A program made the position numbers and the translations under genes. A model generated the notes under the pieces. The model had not been told where the DNA came from and ran no database searches. It saw only the letters and a program-made list of their open reading frames with translations. From the IMG/VR virus record IMGVR_UViG_3300036770_008730: DNA of 64,000 bases; one strand, 5' to 3'. This document shows, one piece after another, positions 18,939-30,530 of the stretch. Position 1 is the stretch's first letter, and each line of letters begins with the position of its first letter. The DNA comes from a virus. Its lineage: Duplodnaviria > Caudoviricetes.

Positions 18939-19397
18939 ATGAAACTTGCTTTTTTACTTATCATATTTATTTCAACATTTGGGTTTTGTCAAAACTCAGA
19001 GTCCTATTTTGCAATAAGACTAACCGAAGACTTATATGAACATTTTGATAGCTCAGGTGTATTAAGAATGGAGTATCCAGACACGTGCGAATGTGGATTT
19101 GAAATGTCATCAAAGGCTTGGATGTTTGCAAAAAGAATAGATGCTTATGATTCCTTATTATTAAATGAATTGGCAGATGAATGGTTGATTGATGATTTAT
19201 TAAATTCTTTAAAAAAGGAATTTAAGAAAAGAAAATTTGATAGTAAAGAAAGTATTTCTCATATTTACATCAATACCTCAATCATTCCACTGAGTAATAG
19301 ATTTAATATTTTTAGATGGAAGAGAAAAGTTACTTATAGAGTAAAAATGACAATTTATTATAAACCCGTAATTAAAAATGAAAAAAAAGAAAATTGA
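18939..19397 (+). CDS. secreted hypothetical protein
   Basis: Signal peptide MKLAFLLIIFISTFGFC followed by Gln. Confidence 0.65.
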   Translation: MKLAFLLIIFISTFGFCQNSESYFAIRLTEDLYEHFDSSGVLRMEYPDTCECGFEMSSKAWMFAKRIDAYDSLLLNELADEWLIDDLLNSLKKEFKKRKFDSKESISHIYINTSIIPLSNRFNIFRWKRKVTYRVKMTIYYKPVIKNEKKEN

Positions 19398-19872
19398 AAA
19401 GCTATCAATGTTAATAGCTCACGAACTAAATCACCACAGAGAAACACCAATTAAGATTAGTGAAAATATAGACTGGTCCGAATATGATCCAGAGGTAAGT
19501 GAAAAGTTCAAAAAAATGTTTTTTAATCTTCTATCAAACAGAGATAATATTAGACTAGAGGCTAATGATGAGTTAATTTCTATATCAACAGAAGATTTAA
19601 CATCCATAAAAAAAGCCAATAAAAGAAATTCTATTAGTCCTGAAGAACACTATCTTAGAATTGATATTACAAAAGAAGGATTTCAGATTAATAGAGGATA
19701 TAGACAAAGAACTAATTTTATAGACAAAAATATGTATAGTGATTTGATAGAAAAAGTCAAAAAATCTCAGCGAGATTATAACTCAAAGGTTTTCAATGAG
19801 GTTTGGTCAGAAATTATGAAAGACTCCGGTATTGTTAGAGACCACAATTTAGATGAATTATTCAATGGCTAA
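19378..19872 (+). CDS. hypothetical protein with C-terminal RDHNLDELF motif
   Basis: 164 aa ORF. Confidence 0.65.
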   Translation: MKKKKIEKLSMLIAHELNHHRETPIKISENIDWSEYDPEVSEKFKKMFFNLLSNRDNIRLEANDELISISTEDLTSIKKANKRNSISPEEHYLRIDITKEGFQINRGYRQRTNFIDKNMYSDLIEKVKKSQRDYNSKVFNEVWSEIMKDSGIVRDHNLDELFNG

Positions 19873-20260
19873 AGTTTACATAGTTCGTTCTCACTTTGAA
19901 AACTACGAGTCTACAACTTGGAAGATTATAGGTCTTTTCACAACTAAAAAACAAGCTCAAGAAATAGCAAAGAAGTGGGAAGATTTTTATCTAGAAAAGT
20001 CGAATATTTTCAATGAACCAAAAGGATGGACCTTATCTGAAAAGGATATAGAATACGGTAATGAGAATTGGGAAGAGTCTGAAGAATTAGCTATGCGTAG
20101 AATTAAATACGCTGAAATTATTGAGTTCCATGAGATTGTGATTGAAGAGTTTGAACTCGATAAAGACCGTTCACTGGAGATTGAATTTATTACGGATGAT
20201 ATGTTGAGTTTAATGACTCAATGGGATAGAAATTATAAACTAGAAAAAATAATAAAATAA
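19865..20260 (+). CDS. hypothetical protein with C-terminal RNYKLEKII motif
   Basis: Start moved to MAKVYIV at 19865. Confidence 0.65.
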   Translation: MAKVYIVRSHFENYESTTWKIIGLFTTKKQAQEIAKKWEDFYLEKSNIFNEPKGWTLSEKDIEYGNENWEESEELAMRRIKYAEIIEFHEIVIEEFELDKDRSLEIEFITDDMLSLMTQWDRNYKLEKIIK

Positions 20261-21588
<1,328 letters not shown>

Positions 21589-21589
<1 letters not shown>

Positions 21590-21810
21590 TGATAACTTTG
21601 GAATTGTTAAATAAATTTTCACATGAATGTCTAAGATGGAAAGAAGATGTAAATGTTCTTTATTACACCTTAAGCAATTTTTCCGGATCTGAAGGTGTTG
21701 ATATCCACCTTACATTTAATAACGGAGGAGGTGAGTTTGTTAGTAAAGAAAGATATGAAGACTGGTTACAATCAAGAAGAGATGAAAAAATAGATAAAAT
21801 TCTAAATTAA
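21589..21810 (+). CDS. hypothetical protein with C-terminal RDEKIDKIL motif
   Basis: 73 aa, coupled to purA. Confidence 0.65.
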
Positions 21811-21832
21811 TAAAATTCCATATCTTTGTATT

Positions 21833-22273
21833 ATGAAAGATGGTAGAAAAATAGTTTATGTCGATATGGATGATACTCTTTGTGATTTTATAGGGCCATT
21901 CAAATCAGGTGAATATAAAATCAAATTTCCCCAATCAAAGGTTGGATTCTTTTTAGATTTAAAACCTTTGGATTTTGCAATTGAAGGAGTTAAGACATTA
22001 CAAACAAAATACGATGTTTGGATTTTGACTAGACCTTCAATTAAAAATACTCATTGTTATACAGAAAAAGCAGAGTGGATAAAAAAATACTTTGGAGAGG
22101 ATATGTTAAATAAAATGATTCTTTGTCCTGATAAATCTTTAGTCAAAGGTGATTTTCTTATCGATGATGATGTTAAGCACGGACAACCAGAGTTTGAAGG
22201 TGAGTGGTTACATTTTGCCACAGATAAATTTCTTAATTGGAAGTTAGTTGTAGAATATTTAATGAATAAATAA
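21833..22273 (+). CDS. 5'(3')-deoxyribonucleotidase (HAD, NT5C-like)
   Basis: YVDMDDTL, ILTRP, DKSLVKGDFLIDD; TATCTTTG at 21821-21828. Confidence 0.85.
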   Translation: MKDGRKIVYVDMDDTLCDFIGPFKSGEYKIKFPQSKVGFFLDLKPLDFAIEGVKTLQTKYDVWILTRPSIKNTHCYTEKAEWIKKYFGEDMLNKMILCPDKSLVKGDFLIDDDVKHGQPEFEGEWLHFATDKFLNWKLVVEYLMNK

Positions 22274-22274
22274 T

Positions 22275-22493
22275 ATGAAAGAATATCAATATCCAAAACC
22301 AGGTGGAATTTACAGACACTATAAAGGTGGCCTCTATGAGGTATTATTTCTTTCAAAACACACAGAGACAGATGAGATTTTGGTCACTTACAAATCGATA
22401 CATTTTGGTTCTTATTATTCAAGACCACTTGATTCCTGGAATAAACCAGTTGATTTAAATACTAATTCAAAAAGATTTACACTAGAGAAATGA
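22275..22493 (+). CDS. DUF1653 family protein
   Basis: YRHYKGGLYEVLFLSKHTETDEILVTYKS. Confidence 0.8.
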   Translation: MKEYQYPKPGGIYRHYKGGLYEVLFLSKHTETDEILVTYKSIHFGSYYSRPLDSWNKPVDLNTNSKRFTLEK

Positions 22494-23035
22494 CAATAGG
22501 AATATTTGCTTCTGGTAAGGGTAGTAATGCTGAAAACATAATAAGGTATTTTCACAACACAAATCATAAAATTATAATTTTCACTAATAATGAAGATGCT
22601 GGAGTTATTGAAATTGCTTGGACTTTTAATGTAAATTGCATCATATTCAATAAATATGAAAAACTAATTAATATATTAGATTTTAATCAAATAGATTTTA
22701 TTGTTCTGGCTGGATATACTAAGATTATACCACCGGATATTATTGAAAAATACGAAAATAGAATTATCAATATACATCCGTCTTTACTTCCTAAATATGG
22801 TGGTAAAGGAATGTGGGGTATGAATGTTCATAAAAGTGTAATAGAAAATAAAGAAAAAGAGTCAGGAATAACCATTCACTATGTTTCGGAAAATTATGAT
22901 GAGGGTCGAATTATTGAACAACATAAATTAGAGGTTTTACTCTGTGACACACCAGAAACTTTAGCAAAAAAAATCTCTCAATTAGAGAGAGAACATTTTC
23001 CCAAATGCATTAAAAGATTAATCTCCTTCTTTTGA
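22490..23035 (+). CDS. purN: phosphoribosylglycinamide formyltransferase
   Basis: IFASGKGSNA, VLAGY, INIHPSLLPKYGG, SGITIHYVSENYDEG. Confidence 0.92.
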   Translation: MTIGIFASGKGSNAENIIRYFHNTNHKIIIFTNNEDAGVIEIAWTFNVNCIIFNKYEKLINILDFNQIDFIVLAGYTKIIPPDIIEKYENRIINIHPSLLPKYGGKGMWGMNVHKSVIENKEKESGITIHYVSENYDEGRIIEQHKLEVLLCDTPETLAKKISQLEREHFPKCIKRLISFF

Positions 23036-23704
23036 AGATTTTTCGGAAGCATATTTAACACCCATAATTGTTCCCACAATACTAAATGCGTTAGTCAATA
23101 GTATACCAATGATATTACTCCAGGTTGATCCAATTACTTGCGTATCTGTTCCCATTAACATAGCAAATAGATACATAGCGGTAGTAACAACACCAACTCC
23201 TAAAATCACATAAAGAGCTACTCTTACAATTGTTCCAATAAGTTCAAATTGACTTTTTTTCTGAATTAAATCTAAGTCATTTTCCGCAGACTTTTTTGCA
23301 TTTAAGGCTTCTTCTTTTGCTTTCTCAGCCTCATCTTTTGCTTTCTCAGCTTCAATCATAGAATACTCAGCAGATTCTTTTGCAATTTCAGCTTCTTCTC
23401 TAAGTCTCTGAGCCTGTAACATAGCCTCTTCTGAATTTGCTAAAGATTGTTTAAGTTCTTCTTGAATTTTTTCATTTTCTTCTTTCCATTTAACAAGTTC
23501 GTTATTCTGAGACTGAACTTGTCTTGTTATCTCAAGTCTTTTTCTTCTACTCTCTTTATCCTTTTCTATAGAATCTTGAATATATTTTGAAAATTCATCA
23601 TCGTCATCATTTTCAATAACTTTCAAAATATTTCCTTCTAATGAAACTCTTTTCGTTTTGTAAACTTCAAGAAGTTGCTTTTTTGTTTCTTTATTTAATT
23701 TCAT
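23018..23704 (-). CDS. coiled-coil protein with two C-terminal TM helices
   Basis: E/A/K-rich heptads followed by two hydrophobic helices; third gene of the sensor operon. Confidence 0.75.
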   Translation of the reverse strand: MKLNKETKKQLLEVYKTKRVSLEGNILKVIENDDDDEFSKYIQDSIEKDKESRRKRLEITRQVQSQNNELVKWKEENEKIQEELKQSLANSEEAMLQAQRLREEAEIAKESAEYSMIEAEKAKDEAEKAKEEALNAKKSAENDLDLIQKKSQFELIGTIVRVALYVILGVGVVTTAMYLFAMLMGTDTQVIGSTWSNIIGILLTNAFSIVGTIMGVKYASEKSSKEGD

Positions 23705-23707
23705 GAT

Positions 23708-24139
23708 TTATTTATAAACTTTGAACGGCGCTGTTCTATTTTTATAATTAGGAAAATCTTTTTTGAAGTCTTCCAATCTAGGCTCAATATCATCAGACTT
23801 AATAATCCAAAATTGAGCACCAGCTTGTAATGCCTTAGATTGTTCTGTTGGCTCATTTGAAGAAGATATGATACCAATAACAACATGGTTTCCATATTGA
23901 TAGTTGATTCTTCTAATCAATTCAATTCCATCAAAAGATGATCCTACAATGTTCAAGTCTACGAAAACACACTCTGGTTTACCGTCGGAGTTTGCCATCC
24001 ACCCTTTGAATAATTTTTCTGCCTCGTCAGCACTTGTCATACTTTCTAAAGAAAGCGTAATATCTAAAAGACTACAAGCGTCTTCAAAAACTAAATGGAA
24101 TAAATCCTCATCATCGACTAATAAAATTGAATCAATCAT
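23708..24139 (-). CDS. single-domain response regulator (receiver)
   Basis: ILLVDDED, VFVDLN (phospho-Asp), IISSS, WIIKS; start moved to MIDSILL. Confidence 0.9.
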   Translation of the reverse strand: MIDSILLVDDEDLFHLVFEDACSLLDITLSLESMTSADEAEKLFKGWMANSDGKPECVFVDLNIVGSSFDGIELIRRINYQYGNHVVIGIISSSNEPTEQSKALQAGAQFWIIKSDDIEPRLEDFKKDFPNYKNRTAPFKVYK

Positions 24140-26292
24140 ATACTTACTTTTATTTTTAATTTTGTCCCACATTCGGGCAATTTTTCTGCTGTTATTTCAA
24201 ATCCATGTTCGTGTAGTATGGATTTACATATGTTAAGACCTAAACCACTTCCTGTTTCTTGCTGCCCCTCTTTTCTAACATAAGGTTTTGATAAATGTTC
24301 AAATTCTTCTTGACTAATTCCCCTACCATTATCTTCGACACATATATAACTTTTTCTCAAACCGAATTGTTTTCTTTCGGCTTCAAAGTAAATCTTTACA
24401 AATTTTGTTGCACTATCATTATACTTAAGACCATTTCTTATCAGATTATCAATTGAGGTACAGAAAAGAGCCTCATTAACTACCAACACCGGTAAATTTT
24501 CATCTAAAATAACTTGTGACTTATAGGAAGTGCTTGATAAATAATCTTCTAAAATTAATTTTATATTACAAGCCGTTTTAGATAGAACTACTTCTTTTTT
24601 TACTAAGTTAGTAAACTCATATACTCCTTTGTAAACTTTCTGAGTATGTTTTAATCCCTCTTTTATCATTTTTAGAGGAGCTTCTATTTTTAGATTTTTT
24701 ATATCTTCCTCGGTTAGTCTTCTTTCTAATGAACTCACACCTCTTGGAATATAAGTGTTAATTCCTGAGTGCATATCATGTCTCAGTATTTTAGCAGCAT
24801 GTTCCAAGTAAGTATTTTTCTTGTCTATTTCTAATGATTGAATAACTTTATCGGTTATATCAGTCGCTATTTTCATTATACTTATAACACTTCCTTTATT
24901 ATCAAATATTGGATTATATGTCGCTTGAATCCAAACTTCTTTTCCATCTTTTGTTAATCTCTTAAATTCAGATGAAACAAATTGACCGGAACTTAATTTT
25001 TCCCAAAGTTCAACATATTCTTTTGTTGATTTATTTTCGATAAAAATACTATGATGTCTTCCAACTAACTCATTGAGTTCATAACCCATGGATTTGCAGA
25101 AGTTATTATTTGCAAATTTTATATCACCATTAATATCAAACTCAATAACCATATTTGATTGATTAATAGCATCCATTCTGTATCTAAAGTCAAGTTCTTT
25201 TCTTTTTAGTTCACTAACATCTTGTCTTATGGATGTAAATCCAATCAACTCATTCGTATCTGAATCAAATTCCGCCTTTATATAAGTATCAACATAATAT
25301 AGTGTTCCATTTTTAGCTTTATTAGTAACTATCATATTCCATATTTTTTTCTCTTTAATAATAGTCTTATACATTTCTTTCCAAAATTCCTTATTGTGTT
25401 GACCAGAGTTTACTATATTATGATCTTTCCCTAAAACTTCCTCCATACTATAACCAGAAACCTCTGTAAATTTTTTATTAACATAAGTAATTTTACCATT
25501 TGAATCTGCTTTAGAAATAAGTGTTGCTTCATCTATAAATTTTTCTATCTCAATCAATTGTTTCTTTTGTTTATTACCTTCTTTTATAGAATGTGCGAAT
25601 GAATAAAGTGTAGATAACATTTGAGAGAAATTTACCTCTAAACTATTCCAAATTCTTTTTTCTAAACTCTCAATACAAATTACACCAATTACTTTTCCAT
25701 CATACATTATTGGAACATCTAACATTGATTTTATTTCAAGTGGTTGTAAATAAGAATCTTTGAAACAACTAGTAGCTGGATGTGATTCAGCATCATTTGC
25801 CACTATTATAGGATCAACTTGTAAGTGATTAAAGTAAGGCTCAAAGTCTTTTTTTAAAAGCTCAGTGCCAGAATACCAATTATCTTCTTTTTTCACATAT
25901 AATTGTTGACAAATTATAGATGTTTTATCTTTATTATAAAGCCAAATTGAACATCTATCAGTACAAATCGAGTTACAAACTTCCTTTGTAAGCGACATTG
26001 CTCCTTCTCTAACTTTTCCATCATAAAAAGATTGATTTTGAGATTGTAGAACAATGACTTCTTTCAGTTTTTTCTGATAGTCAAATTGTTTAATAATTTG
26101 TTTATTTTTATCCAATAAGTCCTTTATCACAAAATAAAATGGTGGCAGAAATGAAAGGAACAAAATATATCCCATAGCTATCCTAAAGTCAGTAGCCTCA
26201 TAAAAATCAAAAACTAAAAGAGTTTGATTAAGAAAAAATAATATCATTATGATAGCTGCTAAATAGCAGGAAAATTTAGTAAGTTTTTTCAT
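24136..26292 (-). CDS. sensor histidine kinase (2TM-GAF-PAS-PAS-HisKA-HATPase)
   Basis: SMLDVPI...GVICIE GAF; two PAS/PAC repeats; LRHDMHSG H-box; NLIRNGLKYN, EDNGRGI, GSGLGL; motif at 26298-26307. Confidence 0.92.
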   Translation of the reverse strand: MKKLTKFSCYLAAIIMILFFLNQTLLVFDFYEATDFRIAMGYILFLSFLPPFYFVIKDLLDKNKQIIKQFDYQKKLKEVIVLQSQNQSFYDGKVREGAMSLTKEVCNSICTDRCSIWLYNKDKTSIICQQLYVKKEDNWYSGTELLKKDFEPYFNHLQVDPIIVANDAESHPATSCFKDSYLQPLEIKSMLDVPIMYDGKVIGVICIESLEKRIWNSLEVNFSQMLSTLYSFAHSIKEGNKQKKQLIEIEKFIDEATLISKADSNGKITYVNKKFTEVSGYSMEEVLGKDHNIVNSGQHNKEFWKEMYKTIIKEKKIWNMIVTNKAKNGTLYYVDTYIKAEFDSDTNELIGFTSIRQDVSELKRKELDFRYRMDAINQSNMVIEFDINGDIKFANNNFCKSMGYELNELVGRHHSIFIENKSTKEYVELWEKLSSGQFVSSEFKRLTKDGKEVWIQATYNPIFDNKGSVISIMKIATDITDKVIQSLEIDKKNTYLEHAAKILRHDMHSGINTYIPRGVSSLERRLTEEDIKNLKIEAPLKMIKEGLKHTQKVYKGVYEFTNLVKKEVVLSKTACNIKLILEDYLSSTSYKSQVILDENLPVLVVNEALFCTSIDNLIRNGLKYNDSATKFVKIYFEAERKQFGLRKSYICVEDNGRGISQEEFEHLSKPYVRKEGQQETGSGLGLNICKSILHEHGFEITAEKLPECGTKLKIKVSI

Positions 26293-26392
26293 CCGATTAT
26301 ATATTAATTTTGAAACTAAAATTAAAGTCTCTATATAAATATTCTAGATTATCCAAAAAATCATGTAACATCATGATAGTATTATTATATTA

Positions 26393-26424
26393 TTTTGCGG
26401 TCTTAAATCTTTTCCTTATATTTG
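26393..26424 (+). promoter_or_regulatory. Bacteroidota-type promoter (-33 TTTG, 20-nt spacer, -7 TATATTTG)
   Basis: tttgcggtcttaaatcttttccttatatttg directly before ATG 26429. Confidence 0.7.
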
Positions 26425-26428
26425 TATT

Positions 26429-27181
26429 ATGAACATAATGTATTTAGGTGATATTCACGGAAACTTCAACTTACTTCATCAGTATTTGAATCTTTATGAT
26501 ATAAAGAACACTCATATCATACAAGTTGGTGATTTCGGTGTTGGATTTAGACCAGTTGATAAGGAAAAGAAAATGCTTGAGATGTTTCATCCAAATTTAG
26601 TGAAACGAAATGTTGTAGTTTATGCAATTAGGGGTAATCATGATTATAAACCTTACTTTGATAATGACCCATTTGAATTTACCAATATAAAATTACTTCC
26701 TGATTACACGGTTCTTAACTTAGAAGATAAAAATATTCTTTGTATAGGTGGCGCTGTCAGTGTGGATAGAATGTATCGCTACACAAAAAAACAACGATGT
26801 GGTATTTATGAAGATACTAAAATCGGAGTTGAAACTTGGTGGCCAGATGAAATATTTAATCTCGAAGTAGATAAATTAAAAGATTTACGAGATATAAACA
26901 TTATGGTTACTCATACTTGTCCGGATTACTGTCCACCGGATAATACTTTTGGATTTGGTCCTTTTGTTGAAGGTATTATTCGAGATACAGGGGATAAAGA
27001 ATTAAAGACAGATTTAATGTATGAAAGAAAGCAAATGACTGATGCCTTTGAGATTGTTAAATTAAACAATAATATAGATTTCCATTACTATGGACACTTT
27101 CACAAAAGCGATACTTTCACAAAAGATTATACTAAGCACAGATTACTAAATGTTGGAGAATTATGGGAAGAGAGATTTTAA
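26429..27181 (+). CDS. calcineurin-like metallophosphoesterase
   Basis: GDIHG, GDFG, RGNHD, THT, GHFH. Confidence 0.9.
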   Translation: MNIMYLGDIHGNFNLLHQYLNLYDIKNTHIIQVGDFGVGFRPVDKEKKMLEMFHPNLVKRNVVVYAIRGNHDYKPYFDNDPFEFTNIKLLPDYTVLNLEDKNILCIGGAVSVDRMYRYTKKQRCGIYEDTKIGVETWWPDEIFNLEVDKLKDLRDINIMVTHTCPDYCPPDNTFGFGPFVEGIIRDTGDKELKTDLMYERKQMTDAFEIVKLNNNIDFHYYGHFHKSDTFTKDYTKHRLLNVGELWEERF

Positions 27182-27205
27182 CTCTCTTCTCTTAAAATTT
27201 GATAA

Positions 27206-27400
27206 ATGAGAAGTCAAACAATTTTAATAGTTCGTTGGAAATTGACAGGTAGAATGGAAGTATTTGTCAATCTAGGCAAACTTTATACTACATATAGTTC
27301 ATCTAGTCTTGGTGTAAGTCGTTACACTTTGGATAGAAAAAATTTGTTTGAAGGGTTTCAGAATGAAATTGTTGAAATCTTAAAAGCTCCCGTAAAGTAA
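27206..27400 (+). CDS. small hypothetical protein
   Basis: 64 aa ORF filling the gap. Confidence 0.55.
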   Translation: MRSQTILIVRWKLTGRMEVFVNLGKLYTTYSSSSLGVSRYTLDRKNLFEGFQNEIVEILKAPVK

Positions 27401-27401
27401 A

Positions 27402-28064
27402 TTACTTCTTTGTTGTTAAATCTATTGAAGATTTTTCTTCAAGAGATCTTATAGCCACATAATCACCAGCGTCATAGACTTCATATTCTCTATCTATTTC
27501 ATCTTGTTTTCTAGCAAGTTCTTCTTCAAGCATTCTGGTAAATTCACCTGTCACACCATGGTCTTGTTTATCTAAATAAATATCCAGATCATTTCTTTGG
27601 TTATATTCATCATAAGAACTATCCAAATCCCATTTAGTGACTCTCATTCCTTTAGAATTGAAAAATCTTTCTATTTCATTTTTAAAAATATAAAGTGTTC
27701 TCCATTCATATTTTGATATAAATTCATATTCCTCTTCTCCTAGATCTTTAGGATTGAGTTCAATTCTAAGTTGACTGTGTGCAAAAGACATACTGAAATT
27801 CCAATTTCCCAATCTTTCTTCAGCTGCTAAAACATCTTCTATATTCTCTGTAATTAATTTTAATTTTTGAACCATAGATTTAGCATCTTGTAAATGTGAA
27901 AAGTCCATTTCTAAATTCCATCTAAGAATGTATTTTTTTCCATTACCTATTCTGTAGCTTCCTATGTCTGGATTACCAAAAGCATCATTGATATAAACTA
28001 AGTTTTCTATAATCTCACTTATCTCGTCATCTTTTGATTCAAAGAATTTTTTCAAATGTTTCAT
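27402..28064 (-). CDS. tagged hypothetical protein
   Basis: Start moved to MKHLKKFFES; TTAATATATA at 28070-28079 on the minus strand. Confidence 0.75.
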   Translation of the reverse strand: MKHLKKFFESKDDEISEIIENLVYINDAFGNPDIGSYRIGNGKKYILRWNLEMDFSHLQDAKSMVQKLKLITENIEDVLAAEERLGNWNFSMSFAHSQLRIELNPKDLGEEEYEFISKYEWRTLYIFKNEIERFFNSKGMRVTKWDLDSSYDEYNQRNDLDIYLDKQDHGVTGEFTRMLEEELARKQDEIDREYEVYDAGDYVAIRSLEEKSSIDLTTKK

Positions 28065-28110
28065 ATTGTTATATATTAAATTTTTCACAAAGAGAATCAT
28101 ATTTATATAT

Positions 28111-28539
28111 ATGATAATGAAGTTTGATATCTACAGTCGTCTTTATTTAGCACATCATAAGTTTAGTTCATCTATTGAAAATGAGATGTTTGACACTTGT
28201 AGTCCAGTAGTTCAGACTCAAATTATCAAATTTGCTAAAAGTTTATTACTCTATGAAATACATGATAAATTAACTATAGTTGCTCTTAACGAAAGAGAAA
28301 AAGAACAATTTGAGAATTTTTCAGAAATGATTGGAGTTGCTTATGATTTAATTGATGTTACTGAAAAGGCAGTTTTAGGTGAATTAAAAACGAGTAGACT
28401 TGCTATGAAAAAAGTTGTCAATCCTTATCTAAAAAGAAATCTAACTGTTGATTTAGTATTGGATAAAATCAATATTAAAGGAATCGAAAGTTTATCATCA
28501 ATAGATAGATTAATTTTAGAAGAAGTATCATCAAATTAG
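28111..28539 (+). CDS. hypothetical protein with C-terminal 'VDLVLDKI..KGIESLS' motif
   Basis: Start moved to 28111. Confidence 0.65.
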   Translation: MIMKFDIYSRLYLAHHKFSSSIENEMFDTCSPVVQTQIIKFAKSLLLYEIHDKLTIVALNEREKEQFENFSEMIGVAYDLIDVTEKAVLGELKTSRLAMKKVVNPYLKRNLTVDLVLDKINIKGIESLSSIDRLILEEVSSN

Positions 28540-28630
28540 GAGCTTTTAAGATTTCAACAACATTTTATAATAAACGGACACTCACATAAACTATTTTTCA
28601 TATGAATTATATAATAAAGAAATTATTTTC

Positions 28631-29452
28631 ATGGGTTCACCACTAATAAATATAATTACTAGAGTAAGTCGTAAAAATTACTTTAAAAGGTGTTATGATT
28701 CTATAAGAAGTCAAACTTATAAAAATATAAATCATATTTGCACTTATCAAAATGATGATTTAGGAAAATTTTTACAAGATTTTACAAATATTGATATTGT
28801 CAAAGTACCAGATACTAAAAGAATACCAAATTTATTTTATAGTTATAATCATCATCCTGTAATGGATAATTTTATACAACCTGACTATGATTTTATGAAC
28901 ATCAAAGGTCATACTGGTAAAGATGAATATGAAAAAACTTCAATTCCCGTCGCTGAACAAAAATTCGAGTCTGGTCCATTTTATTGCACCAGTGTTACTG
29001 GAACATCAAGAGTCACATTCATACATTCACCATATAATTCTTATTTAAAAATAGCTGAGAAATCTGTGAAATATGGTTGGGTTTTTTACTTAGATGATGA
29101 TGATGTTTTTATTGACAATTACTTTTTAGAAAAAATTGTGGAACAAATCAATCAATTTGATGAAGATACTTTACATATATTTAAGATTAAACTGGAATCA
29201 GGAATCTCACCTCCAGAGAAATTCTGGTTACACATGAAATGGGGTCATCCGTTTATTATTCACGTATTCGGAGGTAGTAATTTCATGTTTCATAGTAAGT
29301 ATTTAGAATACACCGCTTGGGATGAATGGTCTGGTGCTGATTACAGGACCGCAAAAAACTTAGAGAGAGTAGTCAAAAATAAAAACTTCATAGATGAAGT
29401 TTCAATTTACGCGGCTAACAATGGGGGTAATATTAATGATTTAGAATATTGA
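28631..29452 (+). CDS. glycosyltransferase family 2-like protein
   Basis: LINIITR...CYDSIRSQTYKN, FYLDDDD, GADY. Confidence 0.75.
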   Translation: MGSPLINIITRVSRKNYFKRCYDSIRSQTYKNINHICTYQNDDLGKFLQDFTNIDIVKVPDTKRIPNLFYSYNHHPVMDNFIQPDYDFMNIKGHTGKDEYEKTSIPVAEQKFESGPFYCTSVTGTSRVTFIHSPYNSYLKIAEKSVKYGWVFYLDDDDVFIDNYFLEKIVEQINQFDEDTLHIFKIKLESGISPPEKFWLHMKWGHPFIIHVFGGSNFMFHSKYLEYTAWDEWSGADYRTAKNLERVVKNKNFIDEVSIYAANNGGNINDLEY

Positions 29453-29591
29453 CTCTAAATCCAGCCAATTTAATTTCATAATTTTTATATATAGATAATC
29501 AACTACAATTCATTTTTAGGTGGGAAAATTTTTGTTGGGAATTGTAAGTCAAAAAATATTGATTATATGGATTCTGGTCCCAGTATAAAAA

Positions 29592-29834
29592 ATGACAAAA
29601 CAAAAACTAGCAACTCTATTCCTAATGTTAGGAATGTTCTTCAATCCGTTTGGGTTCGACGCGATTCAGATCCTGTTGATCAAATTAACAGGTTCTTATT
29701 ATGGAGCCAATTTGGTTTTGTATTGCCTTGCGGTTTGTTGCTTTGGATTATACTTCTTATTTTCGGGTAATAACCCTATAAATGAAATAGGACAAATAGT
29801 AAAATCTTCTTATAAACGAATTAAGAAGCAGTAG
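29592..29834 (+). CDS. small two-TM membrane protein
   Basis: LATLFLMLGMFFNPFGFD; two hydrophobic segments. Confidence 0.6.
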   Translation: MTKQKLATLFLMLGMFFNPFGFDAIQILLIKLTGSYYGANLVLYCLAVCCFGLYFLFSGNNPINEIGQIVKSSYKRIKKQ

Positions 29835-30438
29835 TCATTTTAAATAACCTTTTAACCATCGAGGAAATTCTATCTATATCTTCTTCTTTATCTGGATGGT
29901 ATGAATTTGCACCTATTGAATACTTACTTGATATATTGTAAGAGTCAAACCACTCAGTATATTTTTGATTTAGCCTTTTCCAATATATTTCATCTACTGA
30001 TTGTTCCATTTCTCGACCTCGAGACTTTATCCTTTTCATTGCTGTTTCTAAATCACAATTTATATAGACCAATAGAGTTGGATTTTTGGAATGTTCTAAC
30101 ATATTATCAAGTAGTGTAGAGTAAGTGGAAAATTCATCATCTGTCATATATCCATCTTCATTCAACATAGATGCAAAGATTTTATCTCCAAAAATAGAAC
30201 GGTCTAAAATACCACCTCCATTTTTGTGAATTTCCTTAATCATTCTAAACCTTTCATTTAAAAAATGAATTTGTAAAGTAAAAGCCCATCTTTTTTTGTC
30301 TTTGTAGAACTCTTCTAAAAGATTCATTGTTGATTGATTCTGTAATTCATGAAAAATAGGAATACCTAATTTATCAGATAACTTTTGAGCTAATGTCGAT
30401 TTCCCAGCACCGACTACACCATCTACTACTATCACCAC
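29821..30438 (-). CDS. deoxynucleoside kinase
   Basis: VDGVVGAGKST P-loop, LQIHFLNERF, LDRSIFGD, IKSRGREME. Confidence 0.9.
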   Translation of the reverse strand: MVIVVDGVVGAGKSTLAQKLSDKLGIPIFHELQNQSTMNLLEEFYKDKKRWAFTLQIHFLNERFRMIKEIHKNGGGILDRSIFGDKIFASMLNEDGYMTDDEFSTYSTLLDNMLEHSKNPTLLVYINCDLETAMKRIKSRGREMEQSVDEIYWKRLNQKYTEWFDSYNISSKYSIGANSYHPDKEEDIDRISSMVKRLFKMTTAS

Positions 30439-30506
30439 TTGAAATTATTTTTATATTCTATTTGTTAAATTGGACTAAGTTTAGTAGCAAGTGGTTAATT
30501 AGATTA

Positions 30507-30529
30507 AAAAGGGAGCTAAGCTCCCTTTC
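30507..30529 (-). terminator. intrinsic terminator
   Basis: aaaagggagc-taa-gctccctttt. Confidence 0.75.
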
Positions 30530-30530
30530 T

